Of a stretch of 64,000 nucleotides of DNA, positions 18,431 through 30,420 are shown piece by piece. Below the pieces are notes generated by a model. It searched no databases. It was not told where the DNA came from and saw only the letters and a program-made list of their open reading frames with translations. The position numbers and the translations under genes were made by a program. The DNA comes from Macrostomum lignano (taxonomy: Eukaryota). The stretch is taken from positions 1 through 64,000 of the forward strand of contig NIVC01000230.1 of the NCBI GenBank assembly GCA_002269645.1. Reading direction: 5' to 3'. Each line of letters opens with the position of its first letter. Position 1 is the first letter of the stretch.

Positions 18431-18604
18431 TTGTGAATGAAGGGATTGTGAATGAAGGGATTGTGAATGAAGGGATTGTGAATGAAGGGATTGTGAATGA
18501 AGGGTTTGTGAATGAAGGGATTGTGAATGAAGGGTTTGTGAATGAAGGGATTGTGAATGAAGGGTTTGTGAATGAAGGGTCTTAAACTGAAGGGATTGTG
18601 AATT
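18431..18604. repeat. 15-bp minisatellite, about 11.5 copies (TTGTGAATGAAGGGA)
   Basis: Read directly. Confidence 0.97.
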
Positions 18605-21183
18605 AAGATTCTCTGTTTATCACGCGCCTTTTAAAATGAAACTTCTTCAATGCCAGCCCTCACAACAGCTGGGGCCAAAAAGTCGCCCCCCTTGGCAGTT
18701 CAGGGCACTTGGGACTCCTTTTGCGACCGCAAGCAATGTTTAGCGCTCCTAATATTTTTTTGAAAGCGCGCGTGCACACGAACCGTACATCGTACTGTGC
18801 AATAATAATGCATGTACAAGTAAGTAAACCAGTCCTGCACATGCTTCATGTGCACGTGTAAGTATGAGATAATTGATCGTACATGTATATCTACGCATAA
18901 AATCTTGCACGCTTAAAATGCAGCTTCTACCAATGCCTTTAGCTTGGTTCGAGCAAGCTTCTCATTCCGTCTTTTTGTTAATTAGAAAGATAAAACGGCC
19001 CTTTTAAGGGCCACCGCACTGCGATCTATTCCATGATTTTAGTCTTTCTCTCGCTCCATTCTGTGTGCCACTTTAGCACTCTTGCAGCTTCTTACATTTA
19101 ATAGTTTAGCAGCGAACTAATGGGAGAAAATTAAATGTAACTTATTTATGGTAGCTACATTTTCAGTAACTTGTCAACAATTGAAAAAATAGTTGCTATA
19201 TATTTTTTGTTTGATGGGGAAGGGGCTCGGGGACATGCATATGCTTGTCACGGGATTGTAGCAACTCAAGTATTTGAGAAATTCTCCTCTACGCTCCTCT
19301 ACGCTTCTCTCAGCTTTGAATAATTTCAAAAAATAGATTTCCAATTTACATTTTACGGTCAGAAGCTTAAATAATCAGAACTTAGAAGTAAGAGGCAAAA
19401 CGGCTTATTTTAGGCCTCATATATGTCACTGAGAGGCCAAAGCTGTTGACTACCGAGTGTAAAGCAGATTTGATTGAGCTTAATAGTCTGTTGGTGCAAA
19501 GAACATGAATTTTTCAGTCGATAAGCATTAAAAATACAGACAAAGTAACTAAATATGATAATTTGTTGTTTATGCTAAAATGTTCTCAGTACATATTTGT
19601 GCATTGCTACTAATAAGTAAAAGCGTACGTAAGTGACACGACGTTGCTAAGGTGTATTTCGCGTCCAATGAAATTTCTCCACACGAAGCTTTAAAATTAT
19701 CGATTTGTGAAATTTTTAGACGGCTGAAAGTTGGCAATTTCGGTAGCTGCGCTTTTTCGAAGGTTAAGAATAAAAATCTTGAACGGTTAGCCTTAGTTAG
19801 TCAGATGGGTTTTTAGATAGTCAGATTAAATGAAGCAAGTTTGAAAAAAAATCGGTTCAGGCATTCAGGCTGTAGACTGGAATACCGGTCAAACCTTAAA
19901 GATTTAGTATATTGTGATAGACTGGTGTGTCTGAAATAAGCCGGCCATCTCTAAGACTCTAACTGACCAAGCTTAATTTGCTAGCTATTCACCCATTCTG
20001 TGAATGAGGAATAAAGATCTTTAGATTGAATGATACCACTATTTCATCATCAGATAATAAGGTAAGGCTAACTCTACCTTGCAATTTCATTGGCATCCAT
20101 TGCACTGCAAATCTATCCTGTACTAATTATTTGCTTTTTTACTTAACATTAATACCATCATGGTGTCAATGTTCACAATAGCTGAATAGACATTTATTTA
20201 TTTATTTAGGAACTTTAGGCCTATGAGACCTAGTACTATGTAGATGTAGATAAAGTAGATATATGATGACATTGATAATTTGTCTATTCATAATTTTATA
20301 TTTTATTTAGCATATTTACAGGGGCAGATCCAGAGAGGGGAGAGGGCCAAGCAAGGGGGCCAGGGCCCTTTCCCCTTAGCTGCAGCCCAGGATGGAATCT
20401 TTGCATGACAATGACAAGTTTGGAACAAAAAGTTGCGCGCAATTTTTTTGCGCAAGTTTTTGTCACTAGAATTTCTTAGCAATTATTGTTTTAATGTTGT
20501 AATTAATAATTGTTGTAATGTTTTATTAAAGTTTAAATAAATCTTTAAAAATAAAAAAAATATTTTTTCTTTTAGTTAATTGTACTTCCCAGTAGCTTTG
20601 TTTTGAAATTTGCAATAACTTTGGTTTACTGTAACAAGTACAATATTTAAAATTTAAATGAAATTATGCAAGATTTCTTAGAATATTAAGCTTCGCCCAC
20701 ATAAGCTTTTTAAAGTTACGCAACTTTGCTAGAAATGTGCGCGCAAGTGCGCAAGTTTTTGTTAGCACGCACGGAAAGTGTCCAACAAAAAGCAAAGACC
20801 CTAGGATATACCATGCTCGCCAATTTTAGCATCAATTTTACGCATCTATTGGCTTGTATTTATGGGGGTTGGTTTTCGCTGCTCTGTATTGGCCGATGAT
20901 AAGGTCATTTGTATACTGTCTAGGGTCATCCCCCATTTATATTTAACTCGTTGGTATCGAAATAGAAAGCGTGGGGGGTAGCCCGCTAACTGATAAAAAT
21001 GCGCGCGCGCAAGCATCAATCGAAGGCAGAATGCAAGTCAGTCAGCCAGCCAGCCAATTCTTCAATCTATGGTTAGTTAAGTTAGCTATTCTCTTGCTTG
21101 CGAGTTTTGATCATTTCACACATTTCACCCAGTCTCCGCTTCGTTTGATTGTTTCTACGTTTAATTGGATTGGATGGTCACAT

Positions 21184-22165
21184 CACCTTAGTGACTGGTG
21201 ATGTGACCTCTACTGGTGTTATGACCTCTACTGGTGTTTTGACCTTAGGGACTGGTGATGTGACCTTGGTGACTGGTGATGTGACCATGTTGACTGGTGA
21301 TGTGACCCGACTGACTGGTGATGTGACCCGACTGACTGGTGATGTGACCCAACTGACTGGTGATGTGACCGCGTTGACTGGTGATGTGACCCAGTTGACT
21401 GATGATGTGACCATGTTGACTGGTGTTGTGACCGCATTGACTGGTGATGTGACCGCGTTGACTGGTGATGTGACCGCGTTGACTGGTGATGTGACCCAGT
21501 TGACTGGTGATGTGACCCAATTGACTGGTGATGTGACCCGACTGACTGGTGATGTGACCCGACTGACTAGTGATGTGACCATGTTGACTGGTGATGTGAC
21601 CCAATTGACTAGTGATGTGACCCGACTGACTGGTGATGTGACCCAGTTGACTGGTGATGTGACCCAATTGACTGGTGATGTGACCCAATTGACTGGTGAT
21701 GTGACCCGACTGACTGGTGATGTGACCGCGTTGACTGGTGATGTGACCGCGTTGACTGGTGATGTGACACAGTTGACTGGTGATGTGACCCAATTGACTG
21801 GTGATGTGACCCGACTGACTGGTGATGTGACCCAGTTGACTGGTGATGTGACCCAATTGACTGGTGATGTGACCCGACTGACTGGTGATGTGACCCAGTT
21901 GACTGGTGATGTGACCCAATTGACTGGTGATGTGACCCGACTGACTGGTGATGTGACCTTGGTGACTGGTGATGTGACCCGATTGACTGGTGATGTGACC
22001 TTAATGACTGGTGATGTGACCAGACTGACTGGTGATGTGACCATGTTGACTGGTGATGTGACCATGTTGACTGGTGATGTGACCAGACTGACTGGTGATG
22101 TGACCATGTTGACTGGTGATGTGACCTCTACTGGTGTTTTGACCCCTAAGACTGGTGATTTGACC
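21184..22165. repeat. 21-bp minisatellite, about 46 copies (GACTGGTGATGTGACC plus a variable segment); open frame encodes (LTGDVTx)n
   Basis: Constant core with few variant spacers; ORF 21149-22195 is uninterrupted. Coding status is unproven. Confidence 0.97.
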
Positions 22166-22549
22166 TCGATTACCGATCAAAAGCAGTTGCGCTAAATGAA
22201 TCCAGCTGTTTTTCCTTCATTGGATATCAAAAGTTTAAACGGTCACCCTGGATGACAATAATGAAACACGAAAGTCCATCAATTAACCAATCCATTCAGT
22301 TGGGTTTGCAAATGTCAGAATAGCAGCGTCAGTATATTTATTAAAACTTGCAAAGCTACTGATAGAAAGTCTATGTGAATTGGCGATATGAAGATTCAAA
22401 CGCTTGAAGTTATTAGCCAGCAGTGCGTTGTAGTAGATTCCCAATTTATCCAGAATAGTAGCGCATACAGTTTCCATGCCTTTCCACACATAAGAAAACA
22501 TGAATTGTTTTAAGACGCTAGCTATAATAAAAAGGGCTTATAATAGAGA

Positions 22550-22915
22550 GGCTGCTTCAACTGAACTCGCATCATGTAATAGACCTGTTGTATAGCGAAG
22601 CTGTGATCATTAGATAATTGTAGTTAAAGTGCTATAGCATATTGCTCCACCTAAACATGCAGCATGTAAGGGACCTGTTATATATAGTGATAGTGCAAAT
22701 GTGAAATATTAATAAAGGGTTATAGCATACCCGAGAGGCTGCTCCACCTAGACATGCAGCATGTAAGGGACCTGTTACATATAGTGAAAATGCAATTGTG
22801 AAACAATAGTAGTTAAGGGCTATAGCATATCCGAGAGAGAGAGAGAGAGGCTGCTCCACCTAAACATGCAGCATGTAAGGGACCTGTTACATATAGTGAA
22901 AATGCAATTTTGACA
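22550..22915. repeat. imperfect tandem duplication of a roughly 110-bp unit (3-4 copies)
   Basis: GAGAGGCTGCTCCACCTA(A/G)ACATGCAGCATGTAAGGGACCTGTTA recurs near 22645, 22735 and 22848. Confidence 0.85.
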
Positions 22916-23545
22916 TGATTATAAAAGTGAATGGGAGTTCTTCCGCTTCAGAATTTCCAGGATGAGAGTTCGTACTATTTCACCTTCAAAGGCGTAGCTC
23001 CACTCGTGATATAATAAAACATATAAAAAAGCACAGTTGCAACTTACTTGATAGAAACGCGAAAGGTGGACGTAGTAGCTATGCTTATCTATACTAGAGA
23101 GAGCAAGCGAGGGAGCCGGGCGCAAGACGCCGCTCTACTTACAACTGAGCAAGATCGAAATGGTCAGGGTTTAAAACATCGAGATGGACAGGTCGGCCTC
23201 AATCTATGTCTATGGCTGCAACAACGTATCGAGAGTGATAAATCGATAGGGAGACTTCAAATTTTTATTCTATGGCAAAAAGGGGGCAGTAGAATGAGTA
23301 TTCAGCCAGAAGGGAGTTTAGAGTGTGTACAAACAGCATGCTATATTATAACCCATACAGTTTAACTTGTACTTTCTTAATCGCGGTCACAAACGAATAG
23401 AAGAAACAAATAGGCGGGTGTGATTTTGAATTGCAGCGGCCCATGGCATGGAGAGGAGAGGAAAGCATCGGGAGAGTGGCTTCCCCCAAGATAAGTTACC
23501 CTCAGACAGCAACAGGTGGCTTCCCCAGGATAAAAGTATTCACAT

Positions 23546-23701
23546 ACAGCGTTTCCCAGAAAAAAATTTGTTTGTTGTTAGAGTTAGGGTTAGGTTTAGG
23601 GTTAGTGAGGGCTGATTGAGAGGGGAGGGTAGAATTATATAATTTTGCTAACCCGAGCGAGCGCAGCGGTCCCCCAGAATTAAAATTGTGTGCGTGTGCG
23701 T

Positions 23702-23749
<48 letters not shown>

Positions 23750-24265
23750 CTATGTGTGTGTGTGTGTAGTAGCTTATATATTCACACTATAGTACTTATT
23801 TCAGTAGTAGTCAATGCATAGTTTATTTTATATGTATATTTACAGGTACCATACTCCTACTATTCTTTCTTTCAAAGAGCAAGTGTTGATCTATTTTTAG
23901 TCAACTATAAATAGATGCGGGTTCGTCCCTAAAGACTATATACTAGCGAAATACATGCTGGCTCGAAGACTGACTGATTGACCATAGACTATTGAGTGAG
24001 TGAGTGAGCGAGTGAGTGAGAGAATAAAATCTCTAAGGGACGAACCCGCATCTATTTATAGTTGACTAAAAATAGATCAATTATTGTCACCCTGGCTGGC
24101 TAAACAATAAACAAACACTAGTTAATACATACATACATACATACATACATACATACCGATTGACTAACTAACTAACTAACCCACCCAATCTACCTACCTA
24201 TTACTATCATTATTCACAACACCTAACCCTAACCCTAGCCTAGTTTTTTTCTGGGGAAACGCTGC
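23546..24265. mobile_element. nested inverted-repeat non-autonomous element with telomere-like and microsatellite blocks
   Basis: Outer inverted arms CAGCGTTTCCC..AGAAAAAAA/TTAGGG at 23546-23605 versus CCCTAA/TTTTTCTGGGGAAACGCTG at 24220-24265. Perfect 45-bp inner inverted repeat 23886-23930 / 24036-24080. (GT)n, (ACAT)n and (GAGT)n inside. Confidence 0.6.
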
Positions 24266-25079
24266 GCTCGCCGAGAAATGTGAAATTTCTCTAAGTGTCA
24301 AAATTATTTTGACTTAGAAAAATTTTCGCATAAAATTTTTTTTTCTCTATTGGAATGCCTGCTGTATGAGGGATGCCTACTATCTGGGGATGCCTGCTGT
24401 ATGAGGGATGCCTGCTGTCTGGGAGATGAATCTTCTTCATACTAATCTGTCTGGGGAACCGCGGTGTGATATCTTGGAAACTCTGCGTGGATAAACTGCA
24501 AGTAGTATACTGTGTAAACAAACGAATCGTGTGACTATGTTTACACAGTATCGAGGTCGTGGAATCGCGGTAGCAACGCACTAGCAGCAATAACAAGTAT
24601 TGTATCGATTCACTGATGCTTAGTATGATATATATTCCAATGGATTTATTTGTAGCGGATTTGCCGCCTTTGCCGCCACCGACTGCAGCCTGTTGGTGAA
24701 ACGTGAGAAGCAATTATCGATTTGGAGAGAATTGTCACCAAGCTGACTCGCTGGCACGCGTGAGAGCGCAATAGACTGTGAGTGGGTATGGGACGTGGCG
24801 TAAGGCTACACCATCGCGCGCAGCGTCTGTTGTTGTTGCTGTTAAAATGAACGACTGAGTTGTAGAAAAAAACAACAACCTCGATCTAAGACTTGGCGTG
24901 AGGTGGTGTGTGGTATCGCTACATCATCGCGCAGCGCCTGATGCTGATGTTGCTAGAATGAGAGGCCTATTTGACGAAAACAAACATGGTCTAATATATG
25001 GATAGGATGATGGATAACAGTTGCCGTGCAGCCTAAAGTTTCTTTGAATTCTTTGGTAGCGATACAAATGAAGAAACTT

Positions 25080-25095
25080 AGATAGATAGACAGAC

Positions 25096-25152
<57 letters not shown>

Positions 25153-25169
25153 TATATATAGATGTATAC

Positions 25170-25218
<49 letters not shown>
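25080..25218. repeat. (GATA)n microsatellite
   Basis: Read directly. Confidence 0.98.
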
Positions 25219-25470
25219 CATACTGATTGAATGGCATACAGACAGACATACAGACACGATGACGTACAGTCTGATGGATAGACAGATAGATTGACCGACT
25301 GTCCTGTAGATAAACAGTTGGTCTGTAACGCGTAAACATTCAAATAAAAAAAACATTGAAATGCTCGAAATACATTCGGATGCGTTTGTATAATTAATGA
25401 GTTGATTTAGGCGATTTCGAATATGTAGTTCAGCCAGACGATCGTGTAATTATCGATTTCATGCGTGATT

Positions 25471-25790
25471 AACAACAACATAACAACAACAGAGTACGCT
25501 GCCAGTTCGCAAAAGCAGCGTCAGATGGTGCGCTTCGAAACTTGGGCGCGAACACAGGCTTCACCGCCGACAGAGTCCGGGGCGCCGGCATCAGCCATCA
25601 GACAGTCGACGTAGCGCCGAGTCCTCGTCTGTCCCCGTCGGTATGGTGCCTGCAACGTATGTAGCAACACCTCCTGCACCGGCTCCGGACAGTAGGCCTC
25701 GGCGCGGATGACGTGGCCTGACAGCTGGAGTCGCCGACGGCGCAGCAGATCGCTAGGACGGGCCAGGGCCTCGGACTGCAGGACTGACCT
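25471..25790 (-). mobile_element. 5'-truncated RTE-like LINE 3' end with (TTG)n tail
   Basis: Minus frame DLLRRRRLQLSGHVIRAE..P..EVLLH..RRGQTRTRRYVDCLMAD resembles the RTE post-RT C-terminal motif (RRRRLxxxGHxxR..RGR..xD). Stop at 25521-25523; TTG-rich tail at 25471-25490. Confidence 0.75.
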
Positions 25791-26541
25791 TATAGAACGA
25801 CTTGTCCGATTGTAGCTGAAGTGTAAATTGTGCGTTAATTTATTGTTATAATGTAAATTTCAAACATATAAAAATCGTATACGTCTTTGTGTGTCTATTA
25901 TGGTTAGTCCGGACTCTTTGTCCGGTGTTGCACATTGATCGATGGCACTCAGTTGGATTGTCGAGTATTCCTCTTTGTAAGCTGACAACAGTAGTCAATG
26001 CAAGTGCAATTGCAATCGATCGACCAATGAAAGATAGATTGGCAATGTTTCCATGTCTATGAATCATTTTTCTCCGCATTAAGAGATGTATGAAAAATTA
26101 AGGAAACTGCAAGCATTATGTTATGCGCGTCTCGATAAATGATAAATAACACTAAATATATCGACAACAATAATAAAAGGAATCGACCTACTGTTTGCAT
26201 TGAATCCAGTCAAGTTGAATCAAGTTGGAAATTGTGTGCCATAGTGTGTGTAGTTATTTACAAATTTTATATACAAATGTCCTTATTTATGCTAATTTAT
26301 GCAAATGCTAATTTATATACAAATGTCCTTAAAATTTATAATTGTATATTCGCGAAGAATATACATTTATACTAACGATATTAATTATGATAAACATTAC
26401 ACAGATAATGTGGTTATACCTGGAAGGCTACATTGAATGAATGCATGTTACGATTTCAATTGACTTCTGAACTGGACTTGGAATTTGAAGTCAGAGGCTA
26501 TTGTATTGTCACAGGCTGAAACTTCAGCTCAGAGACTCAAC

Positions 26542-26594
<53 letters not shown>

Positions 26595-26606
26595 GTTCGC
26601 GGTCAG

Positions 26607-27122
26607 ATTTTCCCATGACGGTCAATGGTACCATCACACTGTACCGACCCGGCCGGCAGTCGCAACCTCACTGTGCGCTTCGTTGACTTCTGCAATGACG
26701 AAGCCACCGCAACTTCCGAGCTGGCGCCTCTGCCCGCCGAGCTGCAGTCGCCGCCTCTGGCGCCGTTCGCCCACGCATGCCGCCTGACGCTCGTGCGCAC
26801 CGCCGACGCTTTCGCCGCATCGCACTCACAGACTCTCTGTGCCGCTCTCGGAGCCAACGACGGCCGGGAATGGACAGTCAGGCTGATGACTGTTGAAACC
26901 GGACGCTCTGCTACTGACGAGGCGGTGGTCTGGCGAGTGGCCCTCTGCGATGCTGCCGGGGTCGACTTCGCTGAGTCGCTGATTGAGCAGGGCTGCCTGG
27001 TTGTGGATGAGTCAGAGTCTGCCGCCGCCGCTGGTTGCGTCTGGTGGACGGAGTTGTTGGCATGGCACACCGCCAAGCAGCAGCAGCCGCAGCAGCAACA
27101 GCAGCAGCAGCAGCAACAGTGA
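26607..27122 (+). CDS. terminal exon of an extended-Tudor-domain (TDRD-like) protein with poly-Q tail; apparent frameshift near 26630
   Basis: Acceptor GGTCAG at 26601-26606, then RFSHDGQWY; after a frame change, LTVRFVDFCNDE..SELAPLPAEL..PFAHACRL. This follows the Tudor consensus FxxDGxWYR..VxFVDYGNxE..LxxLP. Confidence 0.75.
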
Positions 27123-27904
27123 TCGATTGGATTGGCTTCCAGCAATCTGTTTAGCTGACCAGTTTTTTGACCATATAGAAATGTCTATCTATCTACCTAT
27201 ATATTATCTATCTTATTTTATTTTATGCTATTTGTTACAAAGGTAATCTATGTCAATGTATGACATATTTTCTATTGAGACTTTCCGACAAGACTGCTAC
27301 AGCGCATATGACCATCGCATTGGTTTGACAACGGATCCGACATACTGGATGTGCATCGACAATCAAGTTAATATTCTATACTGACTTAACACATACAAAG
27401 CATATATACTCATATTCACCTATTCATATATTCACATTCATATTAAAAAAAAATCATATATTCATATTCACCTATTTAGGAAATATTTTCAATAAAGGCT
27501 TTTCGACTAGACTGTTATAGTGCACGTGACAACCATCACATTGGTTAGACAGTGGATCCAACATACTGGAAGTGCATTGACAATCAATATAATCCTCTTT
27601 TAACCATGTCATTGTCAGTTGCGAATGTAACAACACTGAATTGAAATATGATGTCATATAAATTCTGCGGTTTATGTTATAATTATAAATGTGTACTAAA
27701 TCTAAACTAAACAGTTTTATGTAATACTATAAAAAGGAGAATATAGCATATTTCAACAATCTTGTTTACTATTCACTATTATAGACAATGATATAAACCA
27801 GTTATAATGTTATATTGGTTTTTTTTGTTTCATAGACAATTATTTATTTGGGGATAGGGCATGTCTAAAAATGATGTGTAATCACAATATTTTTAGAAAA
27901 GATG

Positions 27905-29350
27905 ATTAAGTGCACATGGTCATATAAGTGCACAAATTTGTAGTGCTCATAATGGACTAGCCGTAGTTTCACTGGCTACAACAACTCAATTGTTTATTAA
28001 TTAACAAGTATAACACAAATATATACACAGTATATAAGTGCACAAATTCGCAGAACTGATTATGGACCAGACATAGTTTCATTGGCTGTAACAACTATAT
28101 TGATTTATTCCCTGCCCTAATTAACAAGGATAACACAAATACATGCACAGTATATAAGTGCACAAATTCGCAGAACTGATCATAGACCAGCCAAAGTTTC
28201 GTTGGCTGTAACAACTCTATTGATTTATTCCCTGCCCTAATTAACAAGGATAACACAAATATATGCACATTATATAAGTGCACAAATTCGTAGAACTGAT
28301 CATGGACCAGCCATAGTTTCGTTGGCTGTAACAACTCTATTGATTTATTCCCTGCCCTAATTAACAAGGATACCACAAATATATGCACATTATATAAGTG
28401 CACAAATTCGTAGAACTGATCATGGACCAGCCATAGTTTCATTGGCTATAACAACTATATTGATTTATTCCCTGCCCTAATTAACAAGGATAACACAAAT
28501 ACATGCACAGTATATAAGTGCACAAATTCGCAGAACTGATCATAGACCAGCCATAGTTTCGTTGGCTGTAACAACTCTATTGATTTATTCCCTGCCCTAA
28601 TTAACAAGGATAACACAAATATATGCACATTATATAAGTGCACAAATTCGTAGAACTGATCATGGACCAGCCATAGTTTCGTTGGCTGTAACAACTCTAT
28701 TGATTTATTCCCTGCCCTAATTAACAAGGATACCACAAATATATGCACATTATATAAGTGCACAAATTCGTAGAACTGATCATGGACCAGCCATAGTTTC
28801 ATTGGCTGTAACAACTCTAGTGGTTTGTTCACTGCCCTAATTAACAAGGATAACACAAATATATGCACAGTATATAAGTGCACAAATTCGCAGAGCTGAT
28901 TATGGACCAGCCATAGTTTCATTGGCTGTAACAACTATATTGATTTATTCCCTGCCCTAATTAACAAGGATAACACAAATATATGCACAGTATATAAGTG
29001 CACAAATTCGCAGAACTGATCATAGACCAGCCATAGTTTCGTTGGCTGTAACAACTATATTGATTTATTCCCTGCCCTAATTAACAAGGATAACACAAAT
29101 ATATGCACAGTATATAAATGCACAAATTCGTAGAACTGATCATGGACCAGCCATAGTTTCATTGGCTGTAACAACTCTAGTGGTTTGTTCACTGCCCTAA
29201 TTAACAAGGATAACACAAATATATGCACAGTATATAAGTGCACAAATTCGCAGAGCTGATTATGGACCAGCCATAGTTTCATTGGCTATAACAACTATAT
29301 TGATTTGTTCCCTACCCTAATTAACATGGAATTAACAAGGATATCACAAA
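27905..29350. repeat. 120-bp tandem satellite, about 12 copies, with a 360-bp higher-order period
   Basis: Exact 120-bp register (e.g. 28081, 28201, 28321); diagnostic variants recur 360 bp apart. Confidence 0.97.
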
Positions 29351-29439
29351 TATATACAGATCTCTATTGCCGAAACCAATGTATATAATATTATACTCAT
29401 TGGATCCAAGCTGACAGTCATTCGGCTTGCTCGCTACAG

Positions 29440-30420
29440 TCGGGCGCCCCAACATTATGAATAAATGTAGCCAGCGCTGGCCACCCCAAATAGAATGCAT
29501 AAATGCAGCCAGCGCTGGCCACCCCCAACATAATGCGTAAATTTAACCAGCGCTGGCCACACCAAATAAAATGCATAAATGCAACCAGCGCCGGCCACCC
29601 CAAATGGAAATTGTTGTGCTATACTATAGCTGCTATGCCGCTACCATTACGAGGACGGCGTGGATGCCTGCGCCAACATCTACATTTGCATCAGGCCGGC
29701 CAGGCATTATGGCCAGCATCCGATCCTTGAACGGCGAGCCAATCTGGTGGAGTGCTACAAACCTTGAGAAAATGCTATTATATTTATCATTTATCTATTA
29801 TATTCTTCATATTTATCGCAAACAGTCTTAACAATCAAGACCGGCAATTACCAGCTTGGGAACGGATGTATGTAAATCAGGTAGCATAGCGGGCGCACAA
29901 GCGACTAATTGGGGCGTCAATTATGAATACAACGCAAGGCTACTTGGTGGTGCGCAGCTCATGGAACAGGAAGTGGACAGCCACCTGAACGCTAACCGAT
30001 CGGAAGTACTATGGAATATGGATTCTGGAATATAAAATATATAGTATAATGGAATATTCTGCTATCGTTATGAGGATGGCGTGGATGCCTGCGTCGACAT
30101 CTACATTTGCATCAGGCCGGACAGGCATTATGGCCAGCATCCAATCCTCGAACGGCGAGCCAATCTGGAGGAGTATTATGCATGCCGCTACTGCTATGAG
30201 GACGGCGTGGATACCTGCGCCGACATTGAATGACCTTAGCCAGAACTGCATAATAGAAGGACTCAATGACGCGGAATATGGAATATAGATTATGGAATAT
30301 GCTGCTATCGTTATGAGGACGGCGTGGATGCCTGCGTCGACATCTACATTTGCATCAGGCCGGCCAGGTCATTGAATGACCTTAGCCAGAACTGCATTAT
30401 AGAAGGACTGAATGACGCGG
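29440..30420. repeat. patchwork of short local duplications
   Basis: CAGC(G)CTGGCCAC(C)CCAAA occurs four times at 29460-29605. GAGGA(C/T)GGCGTGGATGCCTGCG..ACATCTACATTTGCATCAGGCCGG recurs near 29650, 30070 and 30315. A 50-bp block is repeated at about 30223 and 30370. Confidence 0.8.

Larger units (their letters stand above)
16580..19015. repeat. short dispersed repeat ending in the hairpin GGCCCTT-TT-AAGGGCC, three copies
   Basis: TAAAACGGCCCTTTTAAGGGC with hairpins at 16679, 17022 and 18997. Copies 1 and 3 also share an upstream TTAGCTTGGTT(T/C)GAGCA. Confidence 0.7.

Noticed and set aside
22283-22501. Minus ORF faintly resembling an NXF LRR segment
   Set aside because: Leucine and asparagine spacing does not fit LxxLxLxxN, and no matching splice phases were found.
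23584-24238. TTAGGG/CCCTAA tracts as a telomere or fusion site
   Set aside because: Only 3-4 imperfect units embedded in inverted-repeat arms.
28095-29282. 40-aa repeat ORFs on the minus strand of the 120-bp satellite
   Set aside because: Units alternate between open and stop-containing, with no start or splice context.
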